Shown: piece after piece, positions 1 to 9,168 of the stretch
Layout: each line of letters opens with the position of its first letter
How positions within the stretch are numbered: the first letter of the stretch is position 1
From: Escherichia virus TH53
Reading direction: 5' to 3' (one strand)
Sequence record: MT446419.1
DNA length: 52,329 nt
Notes under the pieces: generated by a model
What the model was told of the DNA's origin: nothing
Seen by the model: the letters and a program-made list of their open reading frames with translations, nothing else
Database searches by the model: none
Translations under genes and position numbers: made by a program

Positions 1-332
1 TCAAATTGTTTCAATATTAATGAGACTAGAATTCGTAACAAAGCTACGAGACTCGAATTGTGGCGATATTATTTTATTTTTGAGGTGGCGGGGAGGGGAA
101 GCCCAACGTCCTATCGGACTTAAAATACGGTCCCTACCCCAACTTTTTCCTACAGCCTATCGGCTTTCAAACAACACCAAGTTAGGCGCTTCGCTTATGG
201 GTCAAGGTCAAAGTCTCCGTGCTGTTGTAACAATGGCACAGGTTTGTGATATTAGTTGGAAGTGAATTGTGTAATGGCTACGCTATTATAATCCGTTTCA
301 GTTAAATCATACACAATCTTGGAGACTTACAA

Positions 333-2273
333 ATGACTACTATCACCACTCAAACTATCAAATCCGTTGTTCCTGCTATCACTGCTCTGGTATACCGTGC
401 CAAAGAGAAACAGAACTATATGCAGCCTCAGACTTGTGCTATTGCTGCCTTAGCCATCTTCAAGATGATGACGTCTTTCACTCGTGATGACGTTGTTCCT
501 GCCATCGCGATGGTTGAGCTGGCTTCTGCTTCTATTGCTGATGCCAACCGTTATAACAACGATTTGAAAGCAATGCACTATGTTGACCCAGCTATCAACC
601 TCATTGGTCTGGCTAAGCACTTTGGCTTCATCACCATGAACGAAGACAAGTCATTCCAACAAACTGATACATGGGTTGAGCTGGTTACAACTAAAGACAC
701 CGCAGTGCCATTCACTGAGCGTGTTACATCTGAATCTCGTCGCAAGCCTTTCGTTAAAGGTGGCAAAGTTAAGCCATCCAAGACTCTGAAAGCTGCAATC
801 GAATTCCTGCAAGATACTGAGTACCATGTGGAGACTGAGATGGTTCGCATCATCCAGTCCATGATTGAGCAACGTACTTATGGTGGCTTGCAGATGCCAG
901 AAGCAATCCAGACTGAACTCCATGTTTGGAACAATGCTGTAGCAATGATGAATCAGGATAAGCTGTATTCTGACTACTTTGCTGATAACCGTGGTCGTCT
1001 GTATCATGTAGCATGTGCTGGTCCTAACCCACAATCCTCTGACTTTGCTCGTTGCTTGTATTCTCACAATGTTGAGAACATCGTTAAAAAGTTTAACGAA
1101 GATGGTTCTACTACCATTGCATACAACATGTTCATGGCTGAGCTGGAAGATATTTCCGGTGGTGAATGGTGCAGTGCTAAGCGTTTAACTTATGTTGCTC
1201 AGAATCCAGCTGGTTCACTTGCTCGCATGATGAACATGCCTAAAGCTGAACGTCCTTCTAAGCCATTCACTTATGTTCGTCTGGCTCTGGATTGGTTCAA
1301 GTTTGAGACTACAGGTGAGTGTGATTCTCGTGTAGGCTTCGGCTTAGATGCTAAATGTTCTGGTACTCAATATCTGGCATTCATTGCTGGTAACATGGAA
1401 ATGGCTCGTGCAACAGGTCTGGTTGATTCTGAGACTAAAGCATCTGACCCATACCAGTTATCTCTTCGTGAACTGTTGAAGTTATTGGACCGTTCTTCAA
1501 TGAAGCCATCTCCTGAAATTATGGATGAATTCTTGAATCCGAAAGCTGGTCGTAAGTTTATCAAAACTCCATACATGGCTATCCAATATGGTGGTGGTAA
1601 AGCTGCATTGACTGGTTCTTCTGACTTCATTAGCTACATGACAGAAGCGCTCCAGATTCCTATGGAGAAAGCTGAGGCATTTGCTGAACTGTGTGTAGAA
1701 GCAATCCATAACGCATTGGGTGCTAAGATTAACATGTTCATTGAGAAGGCTGCTGATGCTGCATACAACCGTTGTGTTGAACTTGGTAAAGAGTACATCA
1801 CATACCGTCACACTGATGGTCAGGTTGTAATGAAGCCTTGCTTCCCATCTCGTGAAATCTGTGAGGCATTCAGCATTCGTGTTGACTCTCAAACTCGTGT
1901 TATCTTTGGCCAGATTCAGGAGAATAAGCCTTGGACCATTCGTGAATCCAATCCAACTAAAGAAGAATTCAAGCGTACTTTCGTTGTTAACTACATTCAA
2001 GGTATTGACGCATTGGTTGCTCGTACTGTTGCAGTTAAGGCTAAAGAAGCTGGTCTTCGTGGCTTCACTTCAATCCACGATTGTTTCCGTTGCTGCTTAG
2101 CTGATGCTCCACGCATGATGGAAGTTATTCGTGCAGCATATGTTGAAATCTTCGTAACCAACAATCAATTCGAGAATCTGTCTAAGCAACTTGGTGGCAT
2201 TCAGATGTATCATGAGAACATCGTAACCGAAGAGCTTCTGATGAGCGAACACGCTTACTACTTCTGTCAATAA
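333..2273 (+). CDS. single-subunit T7-like DNA-dependent RNA polymerase, short 646-aa form
   Basis: Seen: motif B-like RKFIKTPYMAIQYGGGK (T7 RSVTKRSVMTLAYGS) and motif C-like SIHDCFRC (T7 HDSFGT). Inference: about 240 aa shorter than T7 RNAP, so most of the N-terminal domain is absent. Confidence 0.85.
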   Translation: MTTITTQTIKSVVPAITALVYRAKEKQNYMQPQTCAIAALAIFKMMTSFTRDDVVPAIAMVELASASIADANRYNNDLKAMHYVDPAINLIGLAKHFGFITMNEDKSFQQTDTWVELVTTKDTAVPFTERVTSESRRKPFVKGGKVKPSKTLKAAIEFLQDTEYHVETEMVRIIQSMIEQRTYGGLQMPEAIQTELHVWNNAVAMMNQDKLYSDYFADNRGRLYHVACAGPNPQSSDFARCLYSHNVENIVKKFNEDGSTTIAYNMFMAELEDISGGEWCSAKRLTYVAQNPAGSLARMMNMPKAERPSKPFTYVRLALDWFKFETTGECDSRVGFGLDAKCSGTQYLAFIAGNMEMARATGLVDSETKASDPYQLSLRELLKLLDRSSMKPSPEIMDEFLNPKAGRKFIKTPYMAIQYGGGKAALTGSSDFISYMTEALQIPMEKAEAFAELCVEAIHNALGAKINMFIEKAADAAYNRCVELGKEYITYRHTDGQVVMKPCFPSREICEAFSIRVDSQTRVIFGQIQENKPWTIRESNPTKEEFKRTFVVNYIQGIDALVARTVAVKAKEAGLRGFTSIHDCFRCCLADAPRMMEVIRAAYVEIFVTNNQFENLSKQLGGIQMYHENIVTEELLMSEHAYYFCQ

Positions 2274-2313
2274 TATTAATTGGTCAAGGATGACCACAAA
2301 CTTGGAGACTACA

Positions 2314-2514
2314 ATGAATACTCAACAAATCAATCAAATCGAAAACTGTTTCAATCCTCACCACACTTGTAGCATGACTGATTTATCTCGTCCTACAGTG
2401 GAGGAGACTAAAGACTTCTTAGAATTGTTAGCAGAATATAAACAAGAGTCGCATGTATTATTACATTCATTCTTACACAATTCTGGATACTTTGATACAG
2501 AGATACCATTCTAA
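2314..2514 (+). CDS. hypothetical small protein with C-terminus ...GYFDTEIPF
   Basis: ORF in track from 2290; second in-frame ATG at 2314 has GGAG 7 nt upstream. C-terminal FDTEIPF resembles the E. coli SSB tail DFDDDIPF. Confidence 0.45.
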   Translation: MNTQQINQIENCFNPHHTCSMTDLSRPTVEETKDFLELLAEYKQESHVLLHSFLHNSGYFDTEIPF

Positions 2515-2520
2515 TATTGA

Positions 2521-2546
2521 GCCTGTCTTCGGACGGGCTTTTCTTG
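2521..2546 (+). terminator. intrinsic terminator-like hairpin
   Basis: GCCTGTC-TTCG-GACGGGC stem-loop (one G-U pair) followed by TTTTCTTG, directly after the stop at 2514. Confidence 0.5.
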
Positions 2547-2611
2547 TGTTACCACAATTTAATTCCAATATTCAAGCAATATTGCTGCATGTAATATTGT
2601 TTCAATATTCG

Positions 2612-2630
2612 ACATTAGTTGGATGTGAAG
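2612..2630 (+). promoter_or_regulatory. conserved motif ACATTAGTTGGATGTGAAG, candidate phage-RNAP promoter, copy 1
   Basis: One of seven intergenic copies of a roughly 19-nt motif, all on the + strand. Confidence 0.5.
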
Positions 2631-3451
2631 TAACAGAATACGGAGAAGTATTCCGCATGTCATGTTGAAATCATTCTAGAAACATTTCAGCATGTCAACT
2701 AAACATACAGTGTTGTAATGATGTGGCAATCATTGAACTCCCTGTCTTTGGCCGGACAAAGTTCCAACAACCATGTGTGAAGTAGGATTATCATTCGAAA
2801 CTGTTACTTCAATATAGCATGTTCAATTGCGACAATATTGCCCCATCTCCTATTATAAAGGCCCACCCACAAGCCGGGAGATAACTTTGGTAATATTGGA
2901 ACTTTTGGACATGCTTCTTTCTTTCAATCAGAATTCGAAAGGGGAGAAGAAGTCGGACAAAGCCTCTCGTTTTCACGCAGAAGCCGCCCCGATTTTGAGC
3001 AACAAATATTGTGACAATATTGTCGCAGTATGGCATGTAAATATTGCTACAAATTGGCATGTTGGAATGTGGCAGAATTGTTAGAGGACTAATCACCTCG
3101 AAGATACAATCGTCTACCAATCTGGCATGTTAATTTTGTAACAGTATTTGTGCCAATTTCGCATGTAGTATTTAACCCAATATTCTTGCAACCCGCATGA
3201 ATACTGGCTTCCAGCCAAGCGAAGGCTTTATCATCGCATGTAATATTGTGACAATATTGGGATAAAACCCTTTATTTAATTAGTTTTATTATGCTGTACA
3301 TGGTCGGTTTTCCGTACCTGCTTGCTCCAATCTTAATGTGCCAAATACGTTAAGTATGGGAGTAAACCTGTAATTAATGGTGCATGTTTAATTGTGACAA
3401 AATTCGTCTATTTGGCAGATGAGTTAGTTGCAATTAAGCATGTTCATTTAT

Positions 3452-3470
3452 CATTAGTTGCATGTGAATA
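3452..3470 (+). promoter_or_regulatory. variant motif CATTAGTTGCATGTGAA, copy 2
   Basis: Degenerate copy about 190 nt upstream of the first early gene at 3662. Confidence 0.35.
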
Positions 3471-3661
3471 AGACCAAATCTCTGTAAATTCTGCTGAAAT
3501 TGTGTGACAGATTTTAGAGAGATTATGTCTCCAAGCTAATCATTGTAGTTTTTCGGCACTTGCTGTGTCACATACTCCCTACAGCTTTAAGGTGGATTGA
3601 GGTAAGACAAGACCTCCACAATCGTTCTGTAGGGAGTTTTCTTTTAACTTAGGAGAATAAA

Positions 3662-3880
3662 ATGACTCGTTTTAAAGATTTGGAAGACGGTGCAATCTTC
3701 TTTACGCGTGGTGGAGAACACCTGCAAAAAGTTTTGGAAGATGATGTTAATGTAAATGCAGTATTCGTTGGTGATTCTAACATTGGTGTTTTATTAAATG
3801 ACAATGAAAGAACTTTTACTGAGGAGGAGTTTAAAGAAATCTCAGCCTCTGATTTAGTTCAAGAGCCAATTGAAGCCTAA
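3662..3880 (+). CDS. hypothetical protein (early region)
   Basis: ORF with AGGAG 7 nt upstream of ATG. Confidence 0.55.
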   Translation: MTRFKDLEDGAIFFTRGGEHLQKVLEDDVNVNAVFVGDSNIGVLLNDNERTFTEEEFKEISASDLVQEPIEA

Positions 3881-3922
3881 TGTATTGGGGGGGAGTAAAC
3901 CCTCCAAATTTGGAGAGCAGAA

Positions 3923-4159
3923 ATGAATTACGCGCTGTATCAATACATCAATCGTGACGGTGTTGTTTCACATGCTTTGGTTAATACTGTAACTAAGGCA
4001 GTAATGTTAGCTGACACGGTGATTTATGGAGAAAGAGGGCGTCTGGTTTGGAAACCTGCTGCACACCCTGAATATGTTTGGCTTGCAATTCAAAATGACA
4101 AGCACAACAAAATTGTGGCAATGGCTACTCACCCTCATTTCATTAAAGCACGAGGTTAA
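3923..4159 (+). CDS. hypothetical protein
   Basis: ORF with GGAGAG RBS; tightly packed with neighbours. Confidence 0.55.
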   Translation: MNYALYQYINRDGVVSHALVNTVTKAVMLADTVIYGERGRLVWKPAAHPEYVWLAIQNDKHNKIVAMATHPHFIKARG

Positions 4160-4161
4160 TC

Positions 4162-4350
4162 ATGGACTTCATCGTCTACTTTAAGTTAAATGGTGTAGAG
4201 CAACGTTTGTACTTCAATTCTTTACTTCGTTTGCAACAGTGGGCGGAGAAGTTTGTTGGGTATGACTTTGAATACATCAACGCATGTACACCTGACGAAC
4301 ATGAGGAAATCGTGTTCAGTTCATTAAGCCAAATTCTGGAGGCTAAATGA
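4162..4350 (+). CDS. hypothetical protein
   Basis: ORF starting 3 nt after the upstream stop; GAGG RBS. Confidence 0.5.
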   Translation: MDFIVYFKLNGVEQRLYFNSLLRLQQWAEKFVGYDFEYINACTPDEHEEIVFSSLSQILEAK

Positions 4351-4601
4351 CACAGTTTAAATTGAAGGCTGACTTAATCGAGTTGGCCTCTTATAAAGAA
4401 AAGATTGAGTTCATCCAAGAGCGTTTGGTTGTTAACTACGAAGGTTGGTGGGATATATCAACAGACGAGTTAGCCACTATTGTTAAAGAGAAGTTCGGGA
4501 TTGAGCTAACCAATAAGCAATTTCTGAATGATGTTCTTACAGACAAAATCATTAAAGAAATTACAACCAATTTCATGTCTAGCTTTGGAGAAGGTCAATG
4601 A
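4347..4601 (+). CDS. hypothetical protein
   Basis: ATGA start-stop overlap with the upstream gene; GGAGG RBS. Confidence 0.55.
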   Translation: MTQFKLKADLIELASYKEKIEFIQERLVVNYEGWWDISTDELATIVKEKFGIELTNKQFLNDVLTDKIIKEITTNFMSSFGEGQ

Positions 4602-4746
4602 AGAAGCTCAAATATATGACCAAAACGGTTACATACATGGCTATGTACGGTGCTTCAAAGCGTAGGGCTAAGAAATTGGCAAGAGCTGCAAATCCTCGTA
4701 TGCCAGCACGTAAGGTGGCTAAAATCGTTAATCTAGTCTTTGGGAA

Positions 4747-4932
4747 TTGGAGTATAAAATGAACGACCAGCAATTCAACACATTCATGCAGCAGATTAAT
4801 CATCAAGAACTGATGGATGCCATCAAAGGCAAGAAGCCAGTCGAACGTCAATATCGTAAAATTGATAATTATATGCCAACAATCATTGCGTGTGTTGGAT
4901 TCCTGATTGCTCTTTACTTCCTGGTGAAATAA
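4747..4932 (+). CDS. small membrane protein
   Basis: C-terminal hydrophobic segment PTIIACVGFLIALYFLV; GGAG RBS. Confidence 0.45.
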   Translation: MEYKMNDQQFNTFMQQINHQELMDAIKGKKPVERQYRKIDNYMPTIIACVGFLIALYFLVK

Positions 4933-5027
4933 TGTCAATTGTTAAGAAATTAGCATTCTGCGTTTTAATGTTCCCTCTAGTGCTGCTCGTTGTGGGCAGC
5001 TTCATGTACTTAAACTAAGGTAATTAA

Positions 5028-5336
5028 ATGGCTTCTTTACTCGAATTCTCAAATATTGCAAATGTTGCTAAGAATTCTATTCCGGAAAATTCGGATGTAG
5101 TTGCATACATGCGTGTTGATGTAAGTTTGTTGGCCTTTGTAATGGACCACATCAACCTCGTTGAGGAGCAGTTGTCTCAAGCCAATGAAACAATTGACAC
5201 TCTTCGTGAACTTCGTACAGCAGAGCAAAGTGCTTACGATGAACTGATGGAGCAAAAGAACAAGCTCCAGGAGCAACTGGCAGACGCACTTCAACAAATT
5301 GAAGACATGAAGCCACCAGCAAAACCAACCGAATAA
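5028..5336 (+). CDS. hypothetical coiled-coil protein
   Basis: ORF with AAGG RBS; C-terminal half rich in E/Q/L heptads. Confidence 0.5.
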   Translation: MASLLEFSNIANVAKNSIPENSDVVAYMRVDVSLLAFVMDHINLVEEQLSQANETIDTLRELRTAEQSAYDELMEQKNKLQEQLADALQQIEDMKPPAKPTE

Positions 5337-5354
5337 TCAAACTTAGGAGTTATT

Positions 5355-5615
5355 ATGGCTACTAGAACAGGCATGATGATTGTCCCAAGCCGTAATAACT
5401 CTTTAAGCGGCTTTACACCATATAAAATCTACGAAGTGATTTCTGGCACTGGTGAAGCAAACCTGTCAGAAGTTGCTTTGAAGTTGGGCCGTATGGTCCA
5501 CTCCGAAATCTCCTGTAACGTAGTTGATGATGAAGGTAAAATCCGTTTTGTAACAATGGATTTCTTTCGTGAATTTAACCTCAAATCTGAATTAGGAGTT
5601 CTGTACCATGAATGA
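5355..5615 (+). CDS. hypothetical protein
   Basis: AGGAG RBS 6 nt upstream of ATG. Confidence 0.55.
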   Translation: MATRTGMMIVPSRNNSLSGFTPYKIYEVISGTGEANLSEVALKLGRMVHSEISCNVVDDEGKIRFVTMDFFREFNLKSELGVLYHE

Positions 5616-5790
5616 GGATGATGTTGTTTGCCCAAAGTGTGGCAGCAATAACGTAGACCATGTAACACACGAAGCAGTGGGAATGTATGGTCCCGTAGTT
5701 CTGGACAGTGCATTCTGTGTAGATTGTGGTTTAAACATTTATCGTGGAAAACTTATAGACAATAGTGGGAATATCCCGCCAAAAGGATAA
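5608..5790 (+). CDS. zinc-ribbon protein
   Basis: Two CxxC pairs (CPKCG ... CVDCG). Confidence 0.5.
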   Translation: MNEDDVVCPKCGSNNVDHVTHEAVGMYGPVVLDSAFCVDCGLNIYRGKLIDNSGNIPPKG

Positions 5791-5792
5791 TC

Positions 5793-6020
5793 ATGAAATT
5801 TAAATGTGTTGCTTCAACCAAAGATTATGTTCCAGTTGGCTTCATCGTTGAAGGTGAAGCTATATCACCTTTGGAATTTAAAGTGACCAAATCGGCTGAG
5901 GATGTTTCTCCAGCATTTCGTAAAGGTGCTGTCGTTCCTATGAATGGTGCATTCTGGACATGGCAGCGTGACCATGAAGCAGAATTTGCAGATATTTGTG
6001 AACAAGGTTTATTACAATGA
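5793..6020 (+). CDS. hypothetical protein, paralog A
   Basis: Starts MKFKCVASTKDY; shares the KFKCV-ST N-terminus and a W-x-W pattern with the next ORF. Confidence 0.5.
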   Translation: MKFKCVASTKDYVPVGFIVEGEAISPLEFKVTKSAEDVSPAFRKGAVVPMNGAFWTWQRDHEAEFADICEQGLLQ

Positions 6021-6247
6021 CAAAGTTTAAATGTGTGAAATCGACCTCTTCATCTGAGTATTCTCCGAAGGTTGGAGATATTATTGAGGGAGAGCTTGTA
6101 ACTATTAAAGACGAGGATGGAGTGCAGACTCGCATAAACATCACAGAAGACAGTGACCGCAGAACTTCCTATGGCGCCCCATATTGGTCTGCGGGAGAGA
6201 GCGTTCCCTTGGAAGGTAGTGTCTGGTACTGGGAAGAAATTGAATAA
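6017..6247 (+). CDS. hypothetical protein, paralog B
   Basis: Starts MTKFKCVKSTSS; ATGA overlap with paralog A. Confidence 0.5.
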   Translation: MTKFKCVKSTSSSEYSPKVGDIIEGELVTIKDEDGVQTRINITEDSDRRTSYGAPYWSAGESVPLEGSVWYWEEIE

Positions 6248-6310
6248 TTTCCTCAACCACTTTTGTAATGAGAGTGGTTGCTGAATATTATTAATTAACT
6301 TGGAGAATTT

Positions 6311-6601
6311 ATGAAACAGCGTACTCGTTTACAACGTGACCCAGCCACAGGTCGCTTGTTACCAGCATATTTGAAGGTTGGTGACTTAGTTTACACTCGT
6401 GACTTTGCTTTTGACATTTGCCCAAGCAAAGCGTATGAAGTTCTTGCCACCAGCTTGTCTGGTCCTAAAGTGATATTTGGTGCTCTTGAGCCAATCCAGT
6501 TAACCGGAACTCAGTTTGTCATCAAAGATGAATCTGGTTGCAATCGCATCTTCAATCTTGAAGGTGGTTTATCCAAATGGGAGAAGGTGAAGCGTGGGTA
6601 A
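6311..6601 (+). CDS. hypothetical protein
   Basis: GGAG RBS 7 nt upstream. Confidence 0.5.
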   Translation: MKQRTRLQRDPATGRLLPAYLKVGDLVYTRDFAFDICPSKAYEVLATSLSGPKVIFGALEPIQLTGTQFVIKDESGCNRIFNLEGGLSKWEKVKRG

Positions 6602-6827
6602 GAATTATATCGAAATATTTAAGCAACTGACCATCAATGGGCAGGAGTTCTTACTAAACGATGCAAGGCAAGATATAGAGCTGTCTGATAAATACAGCTC
6701 ATCGTATCAGAGAACTGTTGTAAAATGGACGTTCTCTTACATATCCTACAATCTTCCAGGAGAAACGCTTGTGATTAGTGGTTCTGGAGATTCCGTATTA
6801 TCCGCTTTGGAGAAACTAAAGCAATGA
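6594..6827 (+). CDS. hypothetical protein (GTG start)
   Basis: ORF overlapping the end of the upstream gene; start codon uncertain. Confidence 0.4.
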   Translation: MGKNYIEIFKQLTINGQEFLLNDARQDIELSDKYSSSYQRTVVKWTFSYISYNLPGETLVISGSGDSVLSALEKLKQ

Positions 6828-7111
6828 ACAAGAATTCAGTCTTACGTTATGTTGGTAAAACAAACTACAACTTTACTAACGGTAAGAAATACAAAATCGT
6901 CGCAGGTCGTGGTGACGGGGTTCCTCGCAACAACGGTACACTCGGTGCGTATATTCAATCTCCTTTGGGTTTTGTCGTTAATGATGATAACCGCAATTTA
7001 TGTTATCGTACATTCTCCGATAATTGGGAACTTGTGAAAGATTCTGGTGAGGTCAGTTGGTATAAACCTGAATCGAACATGGACCCAATTCCGATTTCAA
7101 AGGTGATGTAA
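6824..7111 (+). CDS. hypothetical protein
   Basis: ATGA overlap with the upstream gene. Confidence 0.5.
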   Translation: MNKNSVLRYVGKTNYNFTNGKKYKIVAGRGDGVPRNNGTLGAYIQSPLGFVVNDDNRNLCYRTFSDNWELVKDSGEVSWYKPESNMDPIPISKVM

Positions 7112-7311
7112 TGATTGTAGATACACATTTGTATAGCCACAAAAGCTACAGTCCTACTGGAGTTCCTGCTGGATGGACTTTGTGGTTTGTTGAAGTGGAT
7201 GACAACCCATACTGGCACAATGTTGAGTGCAAATTCCTTCCAGTGAAGCCGACCAAAAAGCAAATACGCAAATTGCGTAGAAAGTTTATAAACGATTGCA
7301 AGTCCTGTTAA
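7111..7311 (+). CDS. hypothetical protein
   Basis: AAGGTGA RBS; translationally coupled. Confidence 0.45.
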   Translation: MIVDTHLYSHKSYSPTGVPAGWTLWFVEVDDNPYWHNVECKFLPVKPTKKQIRKLRRKFINDCKSC

Positions 7312-7351
7312 ATTAACAAGGAGCATTCATTGAGTGTTCCTGATTAATCTA

Positions 7352-7370
7352 ACATTAGTTGGATTTGAAG
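7352..7370 (+). promoter_or_regulatory. motif ACATTAGTTGGATTTGAAG, copy 3
   Basis: Ends 74 nt upstream of the ATG at 7444, the same spacing as the copy before 13357. Confidence 0.55.
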
Positions 7371-7443
7371 AGGGACAAAGCTATTCCGTGGTTAGCAATG
7401 TCACTGAAACTTAAACTGTAATTAACTTAAGAGAATCTTAATC

Positions 7444-7818
7444 ATGGCACAATATTCAGATGTAAACACTGGCATCATCGGTCCTAACGGCTTCAAGAAA
7501 GACCCAAAACATCCTGACATTCGTGGACGTATTAACGTTGACGGAATCTGGTATTGGGTATCTGGCTGGAACAAGCAAGCAAATGGTAATGAGTTTACCT
7601 CACTTGCATTAACCATCATGACCCAAGAACAGGTCGATGAAATGATGCGTAAGCGTGAAGAGAAGGCTAAAGCCAAAGCTCAACCTCAAGCTGCCGCTCA
7701 ACAGCAACAGCAACGCCAGCAGCCTTCTGCACAACAGCAAGCACCTGCTCAGCAACAGCAGCAGAGCAACTACAACCCGAACGAGCCGAAAGACTTCGAC
7801 GACGACATTCCGTTCTAA
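7444..7818 (+). CDS. protein with E. coli SSB-type C-terminal tail (DFDDDIPF), possible ssDNA-binding protein or SSB-tail mimic
   Basis: Seen: C-terminus PKDFDDDIPF preceded by a Q/A-rich linker. Established: DFDDDIPF is the E. coli SSB C-terminal tip that recruits SSB-interacting proteins. Inference: the N-terminal 70 aa may be a small OB-like domain. Confidence 0.6.
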   Translation: MAQYSDVNTGIIGPNGFKKDPKHPDIRGRINVDGIWYWVSGWNKQANGNEFTSLALTIMTQEQVDEMMRKREEKAKAKAQPQAAAQQQQQRQQPSAQQQAPAQQQQQSNYNPNEPKDFDDDIPF

Positions 7819-7939
7819 TGGAGATGCCCTATGAAAATTTTATGTTTTATAGGGCTACATAATTGGGAGATTTCTCATACAAACGATTATGTAACCTTTT
7901 GGGTATGCAAGAACTGTTCAACAATGCGTGAGGAATATC

Positions 7940-8629
7940 ATGGCAAATAAATTTGTCGAAATACCTGCCAATTTGGTAAAGCCCGGTGATGTATTGATTT
8001 ACGGCAACAGGGAATACCGGATTGAAAACATACTCCGGTTTAGTAATGCAGTTCAGTTGCAATATTCTGGTGGGTACTACAATTTTGAATTTGGCCGCAT
8101 AGTCAAAGTGCTCGACAGGCCACCAGCTTTGGAAACTCCAACAGCAACATTCAACACCCAGATAACACCAGTATTTCTCCCTTATGGTGAAGCAGTGAAG
8201 CCATTCTCAGATGAAGAGGATGTTAAAGGCGCTGATGTAGAGGTTGGCGATGTTATTTGGTACAAGGGCAATTGGGCAACTGTTACAAACGTCTACAAGC
8301 ATCCAAACTCGCCATACAATAAAGTCAATATTGACCATGATGATGTAAAAGGTCTGCAAGTACGCCTGACATTATCTGGAACTTATTCGAGAAAGGTAAA
8401 AGCAATAATGGAAACATTAAATATTCAAAATGCAATCGAAGCACAACGTATTCTTCTGCAAAAGCTGGAGCAAATGCTCGATTTAACCCAGCTTCCACCA
8501 ACAGAAGATGGCAAGATTGCAATTGGCAACTGTAATATTCGCGTGGACAAGGCAACAGTTGTTAAAGCCGCACGCGATGAAATGAAAGCTGCCGCAAGCA
8601 AATCCGCAGAGCTTATCAAGAAGCTGTAA
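7940..8629 (+). CDS. hypothetical protein
   Basis: ORF in track from 7928; ATG at 7940 has GAGGA upstream. Confidence 0.55.
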   Translation: MANKFVEIPANLVKPGDVLIYGNREYRIENILRFSNAVQLQYSGGYYNFEFGRIVKVLDRPPALETPTATFNTQITPVFLPYGEAVKPFSDEEDVKGADVEVGDVIWYKGNWATVTNVYKHPNSPYNKVNIDHDDVKGLQVRLTLSGTYSRKVKAIMETLNIQNAIEAQRILLQKLEQMLDLTQLPPTEDGKIAIGNCNIRVDKATVVKAARDEMKAAASKSAELIKKL

Positions 8630-8817
8630 TTAACAGAGGTCATTCCACTTCGAGTGGCCTCGATTAATTATTGGAGGATTTATGTGGGATATTTATCTTG
8701 AAGGTGTTGACGAGCCAATTTCAACACTTAATACACAATTTATTATGGTTGGGTGTGCAATTCTTTATAAAGGTAAGTTACACACTGTATCTAAAATAGT
8801 TCAGAGGCATTAATTCC

Positions 8818-9168
8818 GTGAAAACTTTATACATTGCACTAACAATCCTGTTCGGAGTATTCGCATTTAAATCGGAAGCGTCTGTTCGAAACTTCCAGTG
8901 TGGCGGATACAAAATGTCCGTTGAAACAATTACAATGAGCCAGCCACTCATTGCAACAATTTCTTTGCACGAGGGTACTTGGATTGAGATTCCGGACAAT
9001 GGAAATCCTAACCCAATGTCCACAGTGTTCTATAACACACAGAGCAGTAAGCTGGCTTTAGTTGGTGTTGACGCTGAGGAACGTTTAGTGCTACAGATTT
9101 ATCGTGACATTGACTTCTTTCATGCCAAATTCCCACTGTTATCAACATATTGTAAGGAAGTTAAATGA
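8818..9168 (+). CDS. secreted or periplasmic protein with N-terminal signal peptide (GTG start)
   Basis: N-terminus MKTLYIALTILFGVFAFKSEA looks like a Sec signal peptide with an AFK-SEA cleavage region. Confidence 0.45.
   Translation: MKTLYIALTILFGVFAFKSEASVRNFQCGGYKMSVETITMSQPLIATISLHEGTWIEIPDNGNPNPMSTVFYNTQSSKLALVGVDAEERLVLQIYRDIDFFHAKFPLLSTYCKEVK

Larger units (their letters stand above)
2587..3475. repeat. array of GCATGT-associated 17-bp palindromes, AATATTG-N3-CAATATT, and degenerate copies
   Basis: Seen: perfect palindromes at 2593-2609 (loop TTT), 3005-3021 (TGA), 3242-3258 (TGA); degenerate copies near 2816-2843, 3039-3056, 3124-3153, 3380-3405; GCATGT precedes many. Further copies at 2-18 and 52242-52258. 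Confidence 0.8.

Noticed and set aside
20-265. 81-aa ORF at the window start
   Set aside because: No RBS, odd composition, and it lies in the repeat-bearing non-coding leader upstream of the RNAP gene.
3295-3310. 13-nt match TACATGGTCGGT between 3298 and 52298
   Set aside because: Roughly 20 exact 13-mer coincidences are expected by chance in 52 kb.
2587-3475. Possible CRISPR array
   Set aside because: Repeats are palindromic, irregularly spaced and degenerate, with no uniform spacers and no cas genes.
7690-7780. CAG/CAA-rich nucleotide run
   Set aside because: It is the in-frame Gln/Ala-rich linker of the SSB-tail protein, not a DNA-level repeat element.
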